From the human T2T-CHM13v2.0 reference genome, Homo sapiens, in assembly GCF_009914755.1 (NCBI RefSeq), contig NC_060947.1: DNA of 64,000 bases; one strand, given 5' to 3'. A program made the position numbers and the translations under genes. The notes beneath the pieces are model-generated. The model saw only the letters and a program-made list of their open reading frames with translations, was not told the DNA's origin and made no database searches. Position 1 is the stretch's first letter; each line of letters begins with the position of its first letter. Shown here in pieces: positions 13,390-26,659 of this stretch.

Positions 13390-14750
13390 CTTAACAGAAG
13401 AATTGAATAATGGAAGGAGACTACATTCTTGTCTAAGAAGAGTCAACATTTTAAAGATTCCAATGCTTTAAAAATATAAAGCTATAAATTAAAAGCAATC
13501 CCAATATAATTAGAAGAGAATTTTTGAAGACTAAATGTGGTAACTCAAAGCTATATATGGAAAAATAAAGGTGTAAGAAGAGTTAAAAATTTCTAGAAAA
13601 GAGGATGAATTGGGGAGCACAGCATTACCAGATACCACCACATATTATGTAGCTATGGTAATTAAAGAATGAGATACATATAAATCAAGAGACAGAGTAA
13701 TGGAATAAAGAAGCCAGAAATAGACCTGTATAAATTTAGTACACAATAAAGGTGACATTTCAAACTGATACATTTAAAAAATTAAACATTAAAAATGAAG
13801 CCATAAAAGTAGTAGAAGAAAGTATGGTATAGTTTTAAAAATAGTTTTGGTAGAGGGAAGGACTTTGAAAACATGGAACCACAGGAAACAAAACATGCAA
13901 ATTTGAATAAACATAAAATGTTTCTGCATGATGAAGCATTATAAACAAAGTAAAAAGCAAATAATATGCCAAAGATAAAATATTTGTGACATATGAAAAA
14001 GGAAACTTTTTAGTCCTATAGAAAGAACAAATCAATAGAAAAAAATAAACCCAAAAGAAAAGAGGCAGAGATCATAAAGATAGACTTCACAGAAAAGAAA
14101 TAAAAATATATTTTAAATATGTGAAAATATGCTCAGCCTCACTCATTTCAAATAAATGCAAATTCAAACTTCAAAGAGATACAAATTTTCACCTTCAGAT
14201 TGGCAAAGTATATGACACTCATATATTCGATGGGAAGGTAAATTGGTATGATTTTTAAAAAGGCAATTTGACACTTTATATCCAAATTTCAAATGCAGGT
14301 ATCCTTTTAACCAGCAAATCCTACTTTGAAGAATTTATTCCTCATGCACACTTGTATATATATGTATGCTAAGATATTCACTGTATCATTATTTGCAATA
14401 GCAAAAAAATTTGAAACAAAGTTTATTAGAACATTGTGTAATAAATTTTTGTGCATTCCTATAATGTGGTACTATGACATTATCAATAAAACAATAAAGC
14501 AGATCTGTCAGGACTGAATGGGAGAATTCCCAAGATACAGTGTTAAAGGGATAAAAGAGGTACAGAACAGTATGTATGTATAGTATATTACTATTGTAGG
14601 AAAGAGATTATACATACAGAAAAAATATATGCAGTTATATGTCTAGAATAGCTTTGGAAGGACACATGAAAGGAACAGAGAAGAGAACAAATAAGGAAGA
14701 AGCAGGGTTTTTTGTTTTAACCATATACCTTTTATAGCATGTAATTTTGA
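13390..14750 (+). mobile_element. Ancient L1M (L1ME/MC-like) ORF2-3'UTR remnant
   Basis: Degenerate L1 ORF2 landmarks in order ('aaagcaatcccaat', 'gccagaaatagacc', 'aaaatatgctcagcctcactc', 'ttatttgcaatagcaaaa'). Confidence 0.7.
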
Positions 14751-15039
14751 GGGGGTGAAAATCAGGAGAGGCTGGAATCAAGGATAGAAAGATTATGAAA
14801 AGGTTTCAGGGAGTGTTCCAGCAAATGCAAAATATGCTCACTGAGTGAAAGATGTAACTTAAACAAAAGTTGAAATGGCTTTCATGTAGTACATTTCATC
14901 ATCTTCATTTATGAGATATCTGTGATATGGTGGGAAGCATCATTATTCATAGCCATCACTATGAGTAAGTAGTGCTGTAAGGGCTGGAGCTGTCCTGTCT
15001 TAACCTGCACTGAATTCACTGGGATTAGCATGGTGCTTA

Positions 15040-15333
15040 TGTCAAGGAAGAGCAGACCTGGACAGTAGTTAAAGAGGTAAAAACAGACTTTATTAAAGAA
15101 CTATCATGGTAGAGGGAAATAGACTTCAGTATAGAACTGTGCTTAATTCTGATACAACAAGGAAAAGTGAGAACTTATAATCAAGTAGCAGAGAAATGAG
15201 TCTGTGAATGGAAAATTACTTAGAAGGTAGGGGAATTGTTGCTAAACTGATCTAACAGGATTCTTGTTGAAATCAGGCCAGGATGATCAGACACCACTTG
15301 GTTGATGGTGAAAAATGAGGAATTTGATCAGAT
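15040..15333 (-). mobile_element. ERV1 LTR fragment (MER31-like), 3' part only
   Basis: 'tgtcaaggaagagcagacctggacagtagttaaagaggtaaaaacagactttatt...caggattcttg...gaggaatttgatcagata' matches the reverse complement of recalled MER31. Confidence 0.75.
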
Positions 15334-15343
15334 AACTAGGCTG

Positions 15344-17890
15344 GCAATAATAGTGAGAGACTTCCACACCCCACTGACAACATCCCACTGACAACATTAG
15401 ATCAATGAGGCAGAAAACACAAAGAAATTCAAGACCTGAACTTGACATTTGACCAAATAGGCCTAACATATTTCAACAGAACTCGCTGCCCCAAATCAAC
15501 AGACTATACATTCTTCTCATCTGCACATGGCACATACTCTATGATCAACCACACAATTGGCCATAAAACAATCCTCAGCAAATTCAAAAAAATAGAAATC
15601 ATACCAACCACACTGTTGACCACAGTGCAATAAAAACAGAAATCATACTAAGAAGATCTCTCAAAAACATACAATTATAAGGAAATTAAACAACCTGCTC
15701 CTGAGTAACTTTTGGGTAAACAATGAAATTAATGCAGAAATCAAGAAATTCTTTGAAACTAATGACAGCATACCAGAATCTCTGGGACACCGCTTAAAGC
15801 AATGTTAAAAGGGAAGCTTATAGCACTAAATGACCATATCAAAGAGTTAGAAAGATCTCAAAAAACCATCTAACATCACATCTATAGGAATTAGAGAAAG
15901 AAGAGCAAACCAATCCCAAAACTCATAGAAGACAAGAAAAAAACAAAATCAGAGCTGAGCTGAAGGAAACTGAGACACAAAAAAACAAAGAAAAGATCAA
16001 TGAATCCAGGAATTAGTACTCTGAAAGAATAAATAAAATTGACACACCACTAGCTAGACTAATAAAAAAACCAGAGAAGATCCAAATAAACACAATCAGG
16101 AATGACAAAAGGGACATTACCGCCAACCCAACAGAAATACAAAATCCACAATGCTCAAGTAGGCCTTATCCCTGGGATGCAAGTTTGGTTTAACATATGC
16201 AAATCAATAATTGTGATTCATCACATAAACAGCACTAAAAACAAAAAATACATGATTGTCTCAATAGATGCAGAAAAGGCTTTTGATAAAAGTCAATATC
16301 TCTCCATGTTAAAGCCCTCAAAAACCCAGGTGTTGAGGGAACATAACTCAAATAATAAGAGCCATCTATAACAAACGCACAGCCAACAGCATATTGAATG
16401 AACAAAAGCTGGAAGCATTCTCCTTGAGAACCAGAACAAGATAAGGATGCCCATTCTCACTACTCCTATTCAACATATACTGAAAGTCCTGGCCAGAACA
16501 GTCAGGCAAGAGAAAGAAATAAAAGGCATCCAAATAGAAAAAGAAGAAGTCAAACTATCTCTGTTTGCAGATCATATAGCGCTGTACTTAGAAAATCCCA
16601 TAATGTCTGCCCAAAATTTCCTAGTTCTGATAAACAACTTTGGCAAAGTTTCAGGATACAAAGCCAATGTACAAATAGCAGTAGCATTTCAATATACCAA
16701 TAACATTCAAGCTGTGATCCAAATCAATCATATAATTCCATTCACATTAGCCACAAAAGGAATAAAATATCTAGAAATACAGCTTACCAGGGAGGTGAAA
16801 GGTCTCTACAATGAGAAGTATAAAACATTGCTCAGAGAAATCAGAGATGACAAACAATTGGAAAAACATTCCATGCTCATGGATAAGAAGAATCAATATT
16901 GCTAAAATGGCCATACTGCCCAAAGCAATTTATAGATTCAATGGTATTCCTATCAAACTACCTGCAACATTTTTCACAGAACTAGAAAAAAAATTCTAAA
17001 ATTCACTTGGAACCAAAAAAGAACCCAAAGAGCCAAAGCAATCCTAAGTGAAAAGAACAAATATGGAGGCCTCACACTAGCTGACTTAAAACTTTACTAC
17101 AAGGTTACAGTAATTAAAACAGCATGGTATTGGTACAAAACAGACCCATAGACCAATGAAACAGAATAGAGAACACAGAAATAAAGCCACACACCTACAA
17201 CCATTTGATCTTCAACAAAGTTAACAATAAAAATGATGCTAGTATAACTGGCAAGTCATATGCAGAAGATCGAAACTGGACTCTTACCTTTCACCACATA
17301 CAAAAATGAACTCAAGATGGATTAAAGACTTAAATTCAATACCTGAAACTATAAAAACTATAAAAACCCTAGAAGAAAACTTATGAAATGCCACTTTAAC
17401 ATCAGCCCTGGCAAAGACTTCATGATGAAGACACCAAAAGCAATTACAACAAAAACAAAAATCAACATATAGGATCTAATTAAACTAAATACTTTTCTCA
17501 CAACAAAAGAAACTTACAACAGACTAATCAGACAACCTATAGAATGGTAGAAAATATTCACAAACTATGTATCTGACAAAGGTCTAATAACCCAAATCTA
17601 TAATAAATATAAAACAACCCCATTAAAAAGTGGGCAAAGAACATGAGCAGGCACTTTTCAAAAGAAGACACATATGCAGCCAACAATCATATGAAGAAAA
17701 GCTTGACATCATTGATCATTAGAGAAATGCAAATCAAAACCACAATGAGATACCATGTCACACCAGTCAGAATGGCTATCATTAAAAAGTCAAAAAATAA
17801 CAGATGCTGGCCAGGTTGCAGAGAAAAGAGAATGTTCATACAGTGTTGGTGGGAATGTAAGTTAGTTCTGCCATTGTGGAAAGCAGTGTG
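15344..17890 (+). mobile_element. Old primate L1 (L1PB/L1PA15-16-like) ORF2 fragment, internally deleted, lacking a 3'UTR
   Basis: ORF fragments match L1 ORF2p (YTFFSSAHGTYS; [14 protein letters not shown]; [14 protein letters not shown]; [12 protein letters not shown]). Confidence 0.93.
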
Positions 17891-18223
17891 ATAAGCTGCA
17901 TTCTTAGATATTTTATTCTTTTTGTGGCTATCGTAAATGGAATAGCATTCTTTATTTGGCTCACAGCTTGAACATTACTGGTATATAGAAATGCTACTTC
18001 TTTTTGTACATTAATATTGTAGCCTGAAACTTTGCTGAAGTTGTTTATCAGATCTAGGAATTTCTGGGAGACACTACAGGGTTTTCTAGGTATAACATCA
18101 TATCACCTGCTAACAGAGATAGTTTGACTTGTTTTCCTATTTCAATGCCTTTTATTTCTTTTTCTTGCCTGATTCCCCTGGCCAGGACTTCCAATATACA
18201 TTGAATAGGAATGGTGAGATGTA
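17891..18223 (-). mobile_element. Inverted L1 ORF2 (RT-domain) fragment
   Basis: ORF 18054..18242(-) '[39 protein letters not shown]'. Covers the same L1 region as ~16455-16790. Confidence 0.9.
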
Positions 18224-18414
18224 CCATTTCTCTTAATGGCACACTAATTTTTTTAGTTTTATAAAGGACTTTGTGCCTGTATTTTTGTCATTATTGTATA
18301 TTATCTATTTTTTCAGTTACTCTTTACTGTGGTTAAGAGAAAATACGATATTAAGAAATCTACATATTTGTGATCATCTTAATATAGATTCCTTTGCCAG
18401 ACAAGGTTTTACTA

Positions 18415-18582
18415 CAATGCTTATCAATGATGGTACAGAGACCGCCTGAGATACTTGTTTGAAATGAAGATTGCTAGGCTACATGCCCAGAAATTCTGGT
18501 TTACTAGATCTCGGTTGGTGTTTAGAAATACTTAAAAATTGTCTCAGGTAATTTTAATGTCAATTAAAATTGCAAGACCATT
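18415..18582. mobile_element. MER5-like hAT-Charlie remnant
   Basis: 'aaatgaagattgctaggctacatgcccagaaattctggtttactagatct...ctcaggtaattttaatg...ttgcaagaccattg'. Confidence 0.55.
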
Positions 18583-18865
18583 GGTTTTCAACCCTTTTTT
18601 TTCTTACGGATCTCATAATAAAGACATATGGTAAAACAAAACATATCTATTTTTTCTTTTTTTTTTTATTAAAGTTCTGGGATACATGTTCAGAATGTGC
18701 AGGTTTGTTACATAGGTATACATGTGCCACGGTGGTTTGTTGCACCCATAAACCCAAAATCTACATTAGGTGTTTCTCCTAATGCTCTCCCTCCCCTAGT
18801 CCCCCATCCCCCAACAGGCCCCAGTGTGTGATGTTCCCTTCACTGTGTCAATGTGTTCTCATTGT

Positions 18866-21800
18866 TCGATTCTCACTTATGAGTGAGAATACACAGTGAT
18901 TGATTTTCTGTTCCTGTGTTAGTTTGCTGAGAATGATGGTTTCCAGCTTCATCTATGTCCCTGCAAAGGACATGAACTCATCCTTTTTTATGGCTGCATA
19001 GTATTCCGTGGTGTATATGTGCCACATTTTCTTCATCCAGTCTAACATTGATGGGCATTTGGGTTGGTTCCAAGTCTTTGCTATTGTGAACAGTGCTGCA
19101 ATAAACATAGGTGTGCATGTGTATTTATAGAATGATTTATAATCCTTTGGGTATATACTCAGTAGTGGGATTCCTGGGTCAAATGGTATGTCTGGTTCTA
19201 GATCCTGGAGGAATCACCACACTGTCTTCCACAAAGGTTGAAATAATTTACACTCCCACAAACAGTGTAAAAGCATTACTATTTCTCCACATCCTCTCCA
19301 GCATCTGTTGTTTCCTGACTTTTTAATGATTTCCATTCTAACTGGTGTGAGATGGTATCTCATTGTGGTTTTGATTTGCATTTCTCTAATGACCAGTGAT
19401 GAGCTTTTTTTCATATGTTTGTTGGCCACATAAATGCCATCTTTTGATAACTGTCTGTTCACATCCTTTGCCCACTTTTTGATGGGGTTGTTTTTTTTCT
19501 TGTAAATTTGTTTAAGTTTCTCATAGATTCTGGATATAAGCCTTCTGTCAGATGGATAGATTGCAAAATTTTTCTCCCAATCTGTAGGTTGTCTGTTCAC
19601 CCTGATAGTTTCTTTTGCTGTACAGAAGCTCTTTAGTTTCATTAGATCCCATTTGTGTATTGTGGCTTTTGTTGCCATTGCTTTTTGTGTTTTAGTCATG
19701 AAGTCTTTGCCCATGCCTATGTCCTGAATGGTATTGCCTAGGTTTTCTTCTAGGATTTTTATGGTTTTAAACATAAGACCTAAGTCTTTAATCCATCTTG
19801 AGTTAATGTTTGTATAAGGTGTAATGAAGGGGTCCAGTTTTGGTTTTCTTCATATGGCTAGCCAGTTTTCCCAAAACCATTTATTAAATAGGGAATCCTT
19901 TCCCCATTGCTTGTTTTTGTCAGGTTTGTCAAAGATCAGATGGTTGTAGATGTGTGGCATTATTTTTGAGGCCTCTGTTCTGTTCCATTGGTCTATATCT
20001 CTGTTTTGGTACCAGTACCATGCTGGTTTGGTTACCGTAGACTTGTAGTATAGTTGGAAGTCAGGCAGTGTGATGTCTCCAGCTTTGTCCTTTTTGCTTA
20101 GGGTTGTTTTGTCTATATGGGCTCGTTTTTGGTTCCATATGAAATGTAAAGTAGTTTTTTCTAATTCTGTGAAGAAACTCAATGGTAGCTTGATGGGGAT
20201 GGCATTGAATCTATAAATTACTTTGGGCAGTATGGCCATTTTCATGTTATTGATTCTTCCTATCCATGAGCATGGAACGTTTTTCCATTTGTTTGTGTCC
20301 TCTCTTATTTCCTTGAGCAGTGGTTTGTAGTTCTCCCTGAAGACGTCCTTCACATCCCTTGTAACTTGTATTCCTAGGTATTTTATTCTCCTTGTAGCAA
20401 TTGTGAATAGAAGTTCACTCATGGTTTGGTTCTCTTTTGTTGGTGTTTAGGAATGCTTGTGATTTTTGCACATTGATTTTGCATCCTGAGACTTTGCTGA
20501 AGTTGCTTATCAGCTTAAGAAGATTTTGGGCTGAGATGATGGGATTCTCTAAATGTACAATCATGTCATCTGCAAACAGAGACAATTTGGCTTCCTCTCT
20601 TCCTATTTGAATACTCTGTATTTCTTTCTCTTGCCCAATTGCCCTGGCCAGAACTTCCAAAACTATGTTGAATAGGAGTGGTGAGAGAGGGCATCCTTGT
20701 CTTGTGCCAGTTTTCAAAGGGAATGCTTCCAACTTTTGCCCATTCAGTATGATATTGGCTGTGGGTCTGTCATAAATAGCTCTTATTATTTTGAGATATG
20801 TTCCATCAATACCTAGTTTATTGAGAGTTTTTGGCATGAAGGGGTGTTGAATTTTATTGAAGGCCTTTTCTGTATCTAATGAGATAATCATGTGGTTTTC
20901 GTCATTGGCTCTGTTTATATGATGGATTACGTTTATTGATTTGAGTATGTTGAACCAGCCTTGTATCCCAGGGATGAAGCCGACTTGATCATGGTAGATA
21001 AGCTTTTTGATGTGCTGCTGGATTCGGTTTGCCAGTATTTTACTGAAGATTTTCACATCGATGTTCATCAGGGATATTGGCCTGAAATTTTCTTTTTTTT
21101 GTTGTGTTTCTGGCAGGTTTTGGTATAGGATGATGCTGACCTCATAAAATAAGTTAGGGAGGAGTCCTTCTTTTTCTGTTGTTTGGAATAGTTGCAGAAG
21201 GAATGGTACCAGCTCCTTTTTGTACCTCTGGTAGAATTCAGCTATGAATCCATCTGGTCCTGGACTTTTTTTGGTTGGTAGGCTATTAATTACTGCCTCA
21301 ATTTCAGAGCCTGTTATTGGTCTACTCAGAGATTCACCTTCTTCCTGGTTTAGTCTTGGGAAGGTATATGTGTCCAGGAATTTATCCATTTCTTCTAAAT
21401 TTTCTAGTTGATTTGCATAGACTTGTTTATAGTATTCTCTGATGGTAGTCTGTATTTCTGTGGGATCAGTGGTGATTTCCCATTTATCATTTTTTATTGT
21501 GTCTATCTGATTCTTTTCTCTTTTTTTATTAGTCTGGCTATTGGTCTATTTTGTTAATCTTTTCAAAAAACCAGCTCCTGGATTCATTAATTTTTTGAAG
21601 GATTTTTCGTGTCTCTATCTCCTTCAGTTCTGCTCAGATCTTGGTTATTTCTTGTCTTCTGCTAGCTTTTGAATTGTTTGCTCTTGCTTCCCTATTTCTT
21701 TTAATTGTGACATTAGGGTTTCAATTTTAGATCTTTCCTGCTTTCTCATGTGGGCATTTAGTGCTATAACTTTCCCTCTATACACTGCTTTAGTTGTGTC

Positions 21801-22657
21801 CCAGACATTCTGGTACATTGTGTCTTTGTTCTCATTGGTTTCAAAGAAATTATTTATTTCTGCCTTAATTTAGTTATTTACCCAAGTCATTCAGGAGCAG
21901 GTTGTTCACTTTCCATGTAGTTGTGTGGTTTTGAGTGAGTTTCTTAATCCTGAGTTCTAATTTGCTTGCACCATAGTCTGAGAGACTGTTTGTTATGATT
22001 TCCATTCTTTTGCATTAGCTGAGGAGTGTTTTACTTCCAATTATGTGGTCAATTTTAGAATAAGTGCAATGAGGTGCTGAGAAGAATGTATATTCTGTTG
22101 ATTTGGGGTGGAGAGTTCTGTAGTTCTGTATTAGATCCACTTGGTACAGAGCTGAGTTCAAGTCCCAAATATCCTTGTTAATTTTCTGTCTTTTTGATCT
22201 AATATTGACAGTGGGGTGTTAAAGTCTCCTATTATTATTGTGTGGGAGTCTAAGTCTCTTTGTAGGTCTCTAAGCACTTGCTTTATAAATCTGGGTGCTC
22301 CTGTATTGGGTGGATATATATTTAGGATAGTTAGCTCTTCTTGTTGAACTGATCCCTTTACCATTATGTAATGGCCTTCTTTGTCTCTTTTGATCTTTGT
22401 TGGTTTAAAGTCTGTTTTATCAGAGACTAGGATTGCAACCCTTGCTTTTTTTAATTTCCATTTGCTTGGTAAATATTCCTCCATCCCTTTATTTTGAGCC
22501 TATGTGTGTCTTTGCATGTGAGGTGGGTCTCCTGAATACAGCACACTGATGGGTCTTGACTTTTTACCCAATTTGCCAGTCTGTGTCTTTTAATTGGGGC
22601 ATTTAGCCTGTTGACATTTAATGTTAATGTTGCTATGTGTGAATTTGATCCTGTCAT
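18866..22657 (-). pseudogene. Disrupted L1 ORF2 (endonuclease/reverse transcriptase)
   Basis: MTGSNSHIATLTLNVN start, RT motifs '[18 protein letters not shown]' and '[13 protein letters not shown]'. Split into at least 5 ORFs by frameshifts and stops. Confidence 0.95.
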
Positions 22658-22720
22658 TTTGATGCTAGCTGGTTATTTTGCCCATTAGTTGATGCAGTTT
22701 CTTCACAGTGTCGATAGTCT

Positions 22721-23752
22721 TTACAACTTGGTATGCTTTTGCAGTGGTTGGTACCAGTTTTTCCTTTCCATATTTAGTGCTTCCTTCAGGAGCTCTTATA
22801 AGGCAGGCCTGGTGGTGACAAAATCCCTCAGCATTTGCTTGTCTGTAAAGGATTTTATTTCTCCTTCGCTTATGAAGCTTAGTTTGGCTGGATATGAAAT
22901 TCTAGGTTGAAAATTCTTTTCTTTAAGAATGTTGAATATTGGCCCCCACTCTCTTCTGGTTTGTAGGGTTTCTGCAGAGAGATCCACTGTTAGTCTGATG
23001 GGCTTCCCTTTGTGGGTAACCCGACCTTTCTCTCTGGCTGCCCTTAACATTTTTTCCTTCATTTCAACTTTGGTGAATCTGACAATTATGTGTCTTGGAG
23101 TTGCTCTTCTCGAGGAGTATCTTTGTGGTGTTCTCTGTATTTCCTGAATTTGAATGTTGGCCTGTCTTGCTAGGTTGGGGAAATTCTCCTCTATAATATC
23201 CTGAAGAGTGTTTTCCAACTTGGTTCCATTCTTCCCTTCACTTTCAGGTATACCAATTAAACATAGGTTTGGTCTTTTCACATAGTCCCATATTTTCTGG
23301 AGGCTTTGTTCGTTTCTTTTCATTTTTTTTTCTGTAATCTCGTCTTCAAACTTTATTTAATTAAGTTGATCTTCAATCTCTGATATCCTTTATTCGGCTT
23401 GATCGATTTGCCTATTGATACTTGTGTATGCTTCACGATGTTCTTGTGCTGTGTTTTTCAGCTCCATCAGGTCATTTATGTTTTTCTCTAAACTGGTTAT
23501 TCTAGTTAGCAATTCTTCTAATCTTTTTTCGAGGTTCTTCGCTTCCTTGCATTGGGTTAGAACATGCTCCTTTAGCTCGGAGGAGTTTGTTATTAACCAC
23601 CTTCTGAAGCCTATTTCTGTCAATTTGTCAAACTCATTCTCCATCCAGTTTTGTTCCCTTGCTGGCGAGGAGTCGTGATCCTTTGGAGGAGAAGAGGCAT
23701 TCTGGTTTTCAGAATTTTCAGCCTTTTTGCACTGGTTTTTCCTCGTCTTCAT
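22721..23752 (-). pseudogene. Disrupted L1 ORF1
   Basis: Two ORF pieces: 23390-23752 (coiled coil) and 22796-23323 (RRM/CTD; 'WDYVKRPNL', 'RRATPRHIIVRF', 'YPAKLSF'). Broken near 23330-23390. Confidence 0.95.
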
Positions 23753-25072
23753 GGATTTTTCTACCTTTGGTCATTGACGTTGGTGACCTTCGGATGGAGT
23801 TTCTGTGTGGACATCCTTTTTGTTGATGTTGATGCTATTCCTTTCTGTTTGTTAGTTGTCCTTCTAACAGTCAGGCCCCTCTGCTGCAGGTCTGCTGGAG
23901 TTTGCTGGAGGTCCACTCCAGACCCTGTTTGCCTGGGTATCACCAGCGTAGGCTGCAGAAAAGCAAAGATTGCTGCCTGTTCCTTCCTCTGGAAGCTTCG
24001 TCCCAGAGGGGTACCCACCAGATGCCAGCTGGAGCACTCCTGTGTGAGATGTCTGTTGACCCCTGCTGGGAGTTGTCTCCCAGTCAGGAGGCACGGGGGT
24101 CAGAGACCCACTTGAGGAGGCAATCTGTCTCTTAGCCGGGTTCGAGCACTGTGCTGGGAGATCCACTGCTCTCTTCAGAGCCATCAGGCAGCAACGTTTA
24201 AGTCTGCTGAAGCTGCACCCACAGCCACCCCTTCCCCCAGGTGCTCTGTCCCAGGGAGATGGGAATCTTATCTATAAGCCCCTCACTAGGGCTGCTGCCT
24301 TTCTTTAAGAGATGCCCTCCCCAGAAAGGAAGAATCTAGAGAGGCAGTCTGGCTACAGAGGCTTTGCCTGGCTGTGGTGGACTCTGCCCAGTTCGAACTT
24401 TCTGGCGGCTTTGTTTACACTGTGAGGGGGAAACCACCTACTCAAGCCTCAGTTATTGCAGACGCCCCTGTCCCCACCAAGCTGGAGCATCCCAGGTCAA
24501 CTTCAGACTGCTGTGCTGGCAGCGAGAATTTCAAGCCAGTGGATCTTAGCTTGCTGGGCTCCGTGGGGGTGGGATCCACTGAGCTAGACCACTTGGCTCC
24601 CTAGCTTCAGCCCCCTTTCGAGGGGAGTGAATGGTTCTGTCTCGCTGGCATTCCACGCACCACTGGGGTATGAAAAAAAAAAAACTCCTGCAGCTAGCTT
24701 GGTGTTTGCCCAAACAGCCACCCAGGTTTGTGCTTAAACCTCAGAGCCCTGGTGGCGTAAGCACCAGAGGGAATCTCCTGGTCTGCGGGTTGCAAAGACC
24801 ATGGGAAAAGTGTACTATTCTGGCCAGAGTGCACTGTTCCTCATGGCACAGTCCCTCATGGCTTCCCTTGGCTAGGGGAGGGAGTTCCCTGACCCCTTGT
24901 GCTTCCCAGGTGAGGGGACACCCCACCCTGCTTCGGCTTGCCCTGCATGGGCTACACCCACTGTCTAACCAGTCCCAATGAGATGAGCCCGGTACCTCAG
25001 TTGGAAATGCAGAAATCACCCGCCTACTGCGTTGATCTCGCTGGGAGCTGCAGACTGGAGCTGTTCCTATTT

Positions 25073-25081
25073 GGCCATCTT
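25073..25081 (-). promoter_or_regulatory. YY1 site at the 5' end of the L1 promoter
   Basis: Intact AAGATGGCC on the minus strand (ggccatctt on +) at the canonical position near the L1 5' end. Confidence 0.75.
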
Positions 25082-25117
25082 GCCAGCCACCCATATCTTG
25101 TATTTTTAAAAATTTTT

Positions 25118-25367
<250 letters not shown>

Positions 25368-25389
25368 TTAATGTGCTAACTTTGTACCA

Positions 25390-25960
25390 ATCACTGATCA
25401 AAGTACTTTACAAACTCAGTTAATATCTACAACAACCCTATGAGGTAGATACTCTTTATCTTTCTATTTTACAGATGAGAAGAATGAGACATAGAGATTT
25501 TTTTAAAAAACTTAAGAAAAGTAAAATACACAGGGACAGAGGATAAAACAGTGGTGACAAGGGATGAGGGCTGGCAGGGGAGGAGGGGAGATGAAGAAGC
25601 GTAGGTCAAAGGATACAAAGTAGCAAATGTGTAGGATGAAAAATTCTAGAGATCTAATGTACAACATGAAGACTATAGCTAATAATATTATATTGCATTT
25701 GAAATTTTTGCTGAATGAATAGAGTTTAGCAGCTCTCACCACACACGCACACACACACACATAAGTATGTGAGATTATAGATATGTTAATTTGCTCCAGT
25801 AGACTAACCATTTTGCTATTTACATGTATCCTGTAACATGATGTTGCACACCTAAAACATATTCAATAGATTTTATAAAAGAAGAAAAAAAAGAAAAACT
25901 TATCCAAGTTCACATAACTAGTAAGCCAAACCTAGGTGATCCCAGAGTCTGCACTGAACT
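25390..25960. mobile_element. MIR split by an L1 3' fragment
   Basis: 'acaaccctatgaggtagatact...ttttacagatgagaagaatgagac' resumes after 25900 as 'tccaagttcacataactagtaag'. Confidence 0.7.
25515..25893 (+). mobile_element. 5'-truncated L1MA-type 3'UTR
   Basis: 'tctagagatctaatgtacaacatgaagactatagctaataatatt...' followed by an A tail. TSD aaaaactta on both sides. Confidence 0.8.
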
Positions 25961-26659
25961 GTTTTCTTCTGAAAACATTTTACAACATCAAAATTGTTCC
26001 AATATTGCTTGACGCTCTAGTAAATATGCATTCAGTGACACTGGATTACACAGAAAGCAAAGCAACAATAACAAAATTTTAAAATTGAGATTTTTGGGCA
26101 CTGCAACATATTCAGCCAGAAACTTTTTAGTTTAAGTTCCATAGTTCATTCTCTTTTCAAATATGACATTTCCTAATTCAGCATCACAGATTTTGTTCAG
26201 GTATAGTATTTTGGAGATTTGAACTGGAAAAGTTGAGCAATACATATCCAGATCAAAGGGGGAAAAAAGCAATTTGTTTATCTAATGAAAATTCAGACAG
26301 ATTCTGGGCATATTTTCATGGGCTGGATTTGGAGGTCTAGGATTGTAGCTTTGAAGTACACTTCAAACTTTAATAATAATCCTTGTCTTAGTGTTTGTCT
26401 GTGTTGCAGTGGCCAAATGTGTGAACTCCAGAGTTTTAAATGCTGTTGTGCTCCTGCTGTCATGCCTGATGATACAACAATTGATCATCCAACACAAAGA
26501 ATAAGAAGGCCTGACGCCTGTAGAGATCAAAACAACTACTATCAAAAACACGTTACATGATCATGACCCATCAAATAGTGCTAGATATCTGGATTGATCA
26601 AGTCCCCAGAATAAAATGGTGCATCCTTCATCTTAGTTTGAAGAATGACCAGAATGGGG

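Larger units (their letters stand above)
18648..25091 (-). mobile_element. Full-length (~6.4 kb) L1PA7-type LINE-1, retrotransposition-incompetent
   Basis: Poly(T) at ~18650, then 3'UTR, ORF2, ORF1 and a complete 5'UTR whose sense strand begins 'gggtggctggcaagatggccaaataggaacagctccagtctgcagctcccagcgagatcaacgcag'. Probable TSD catatct (18642-18648 / 25092-25098). Confidence 0.97.

Noticed and set aside
13185-13390. Possible Tigger-like terminal repeat ('tagacccttgatcattcacaaatttaacat')
   Set aside because: Too diverged to call without an HMM search.
20415-21389. 324-aa reverse transcriptase ORF as a novel RT system
   Set aside because: Ordinary L1 ORF2 fragment bounded by frameshifts.
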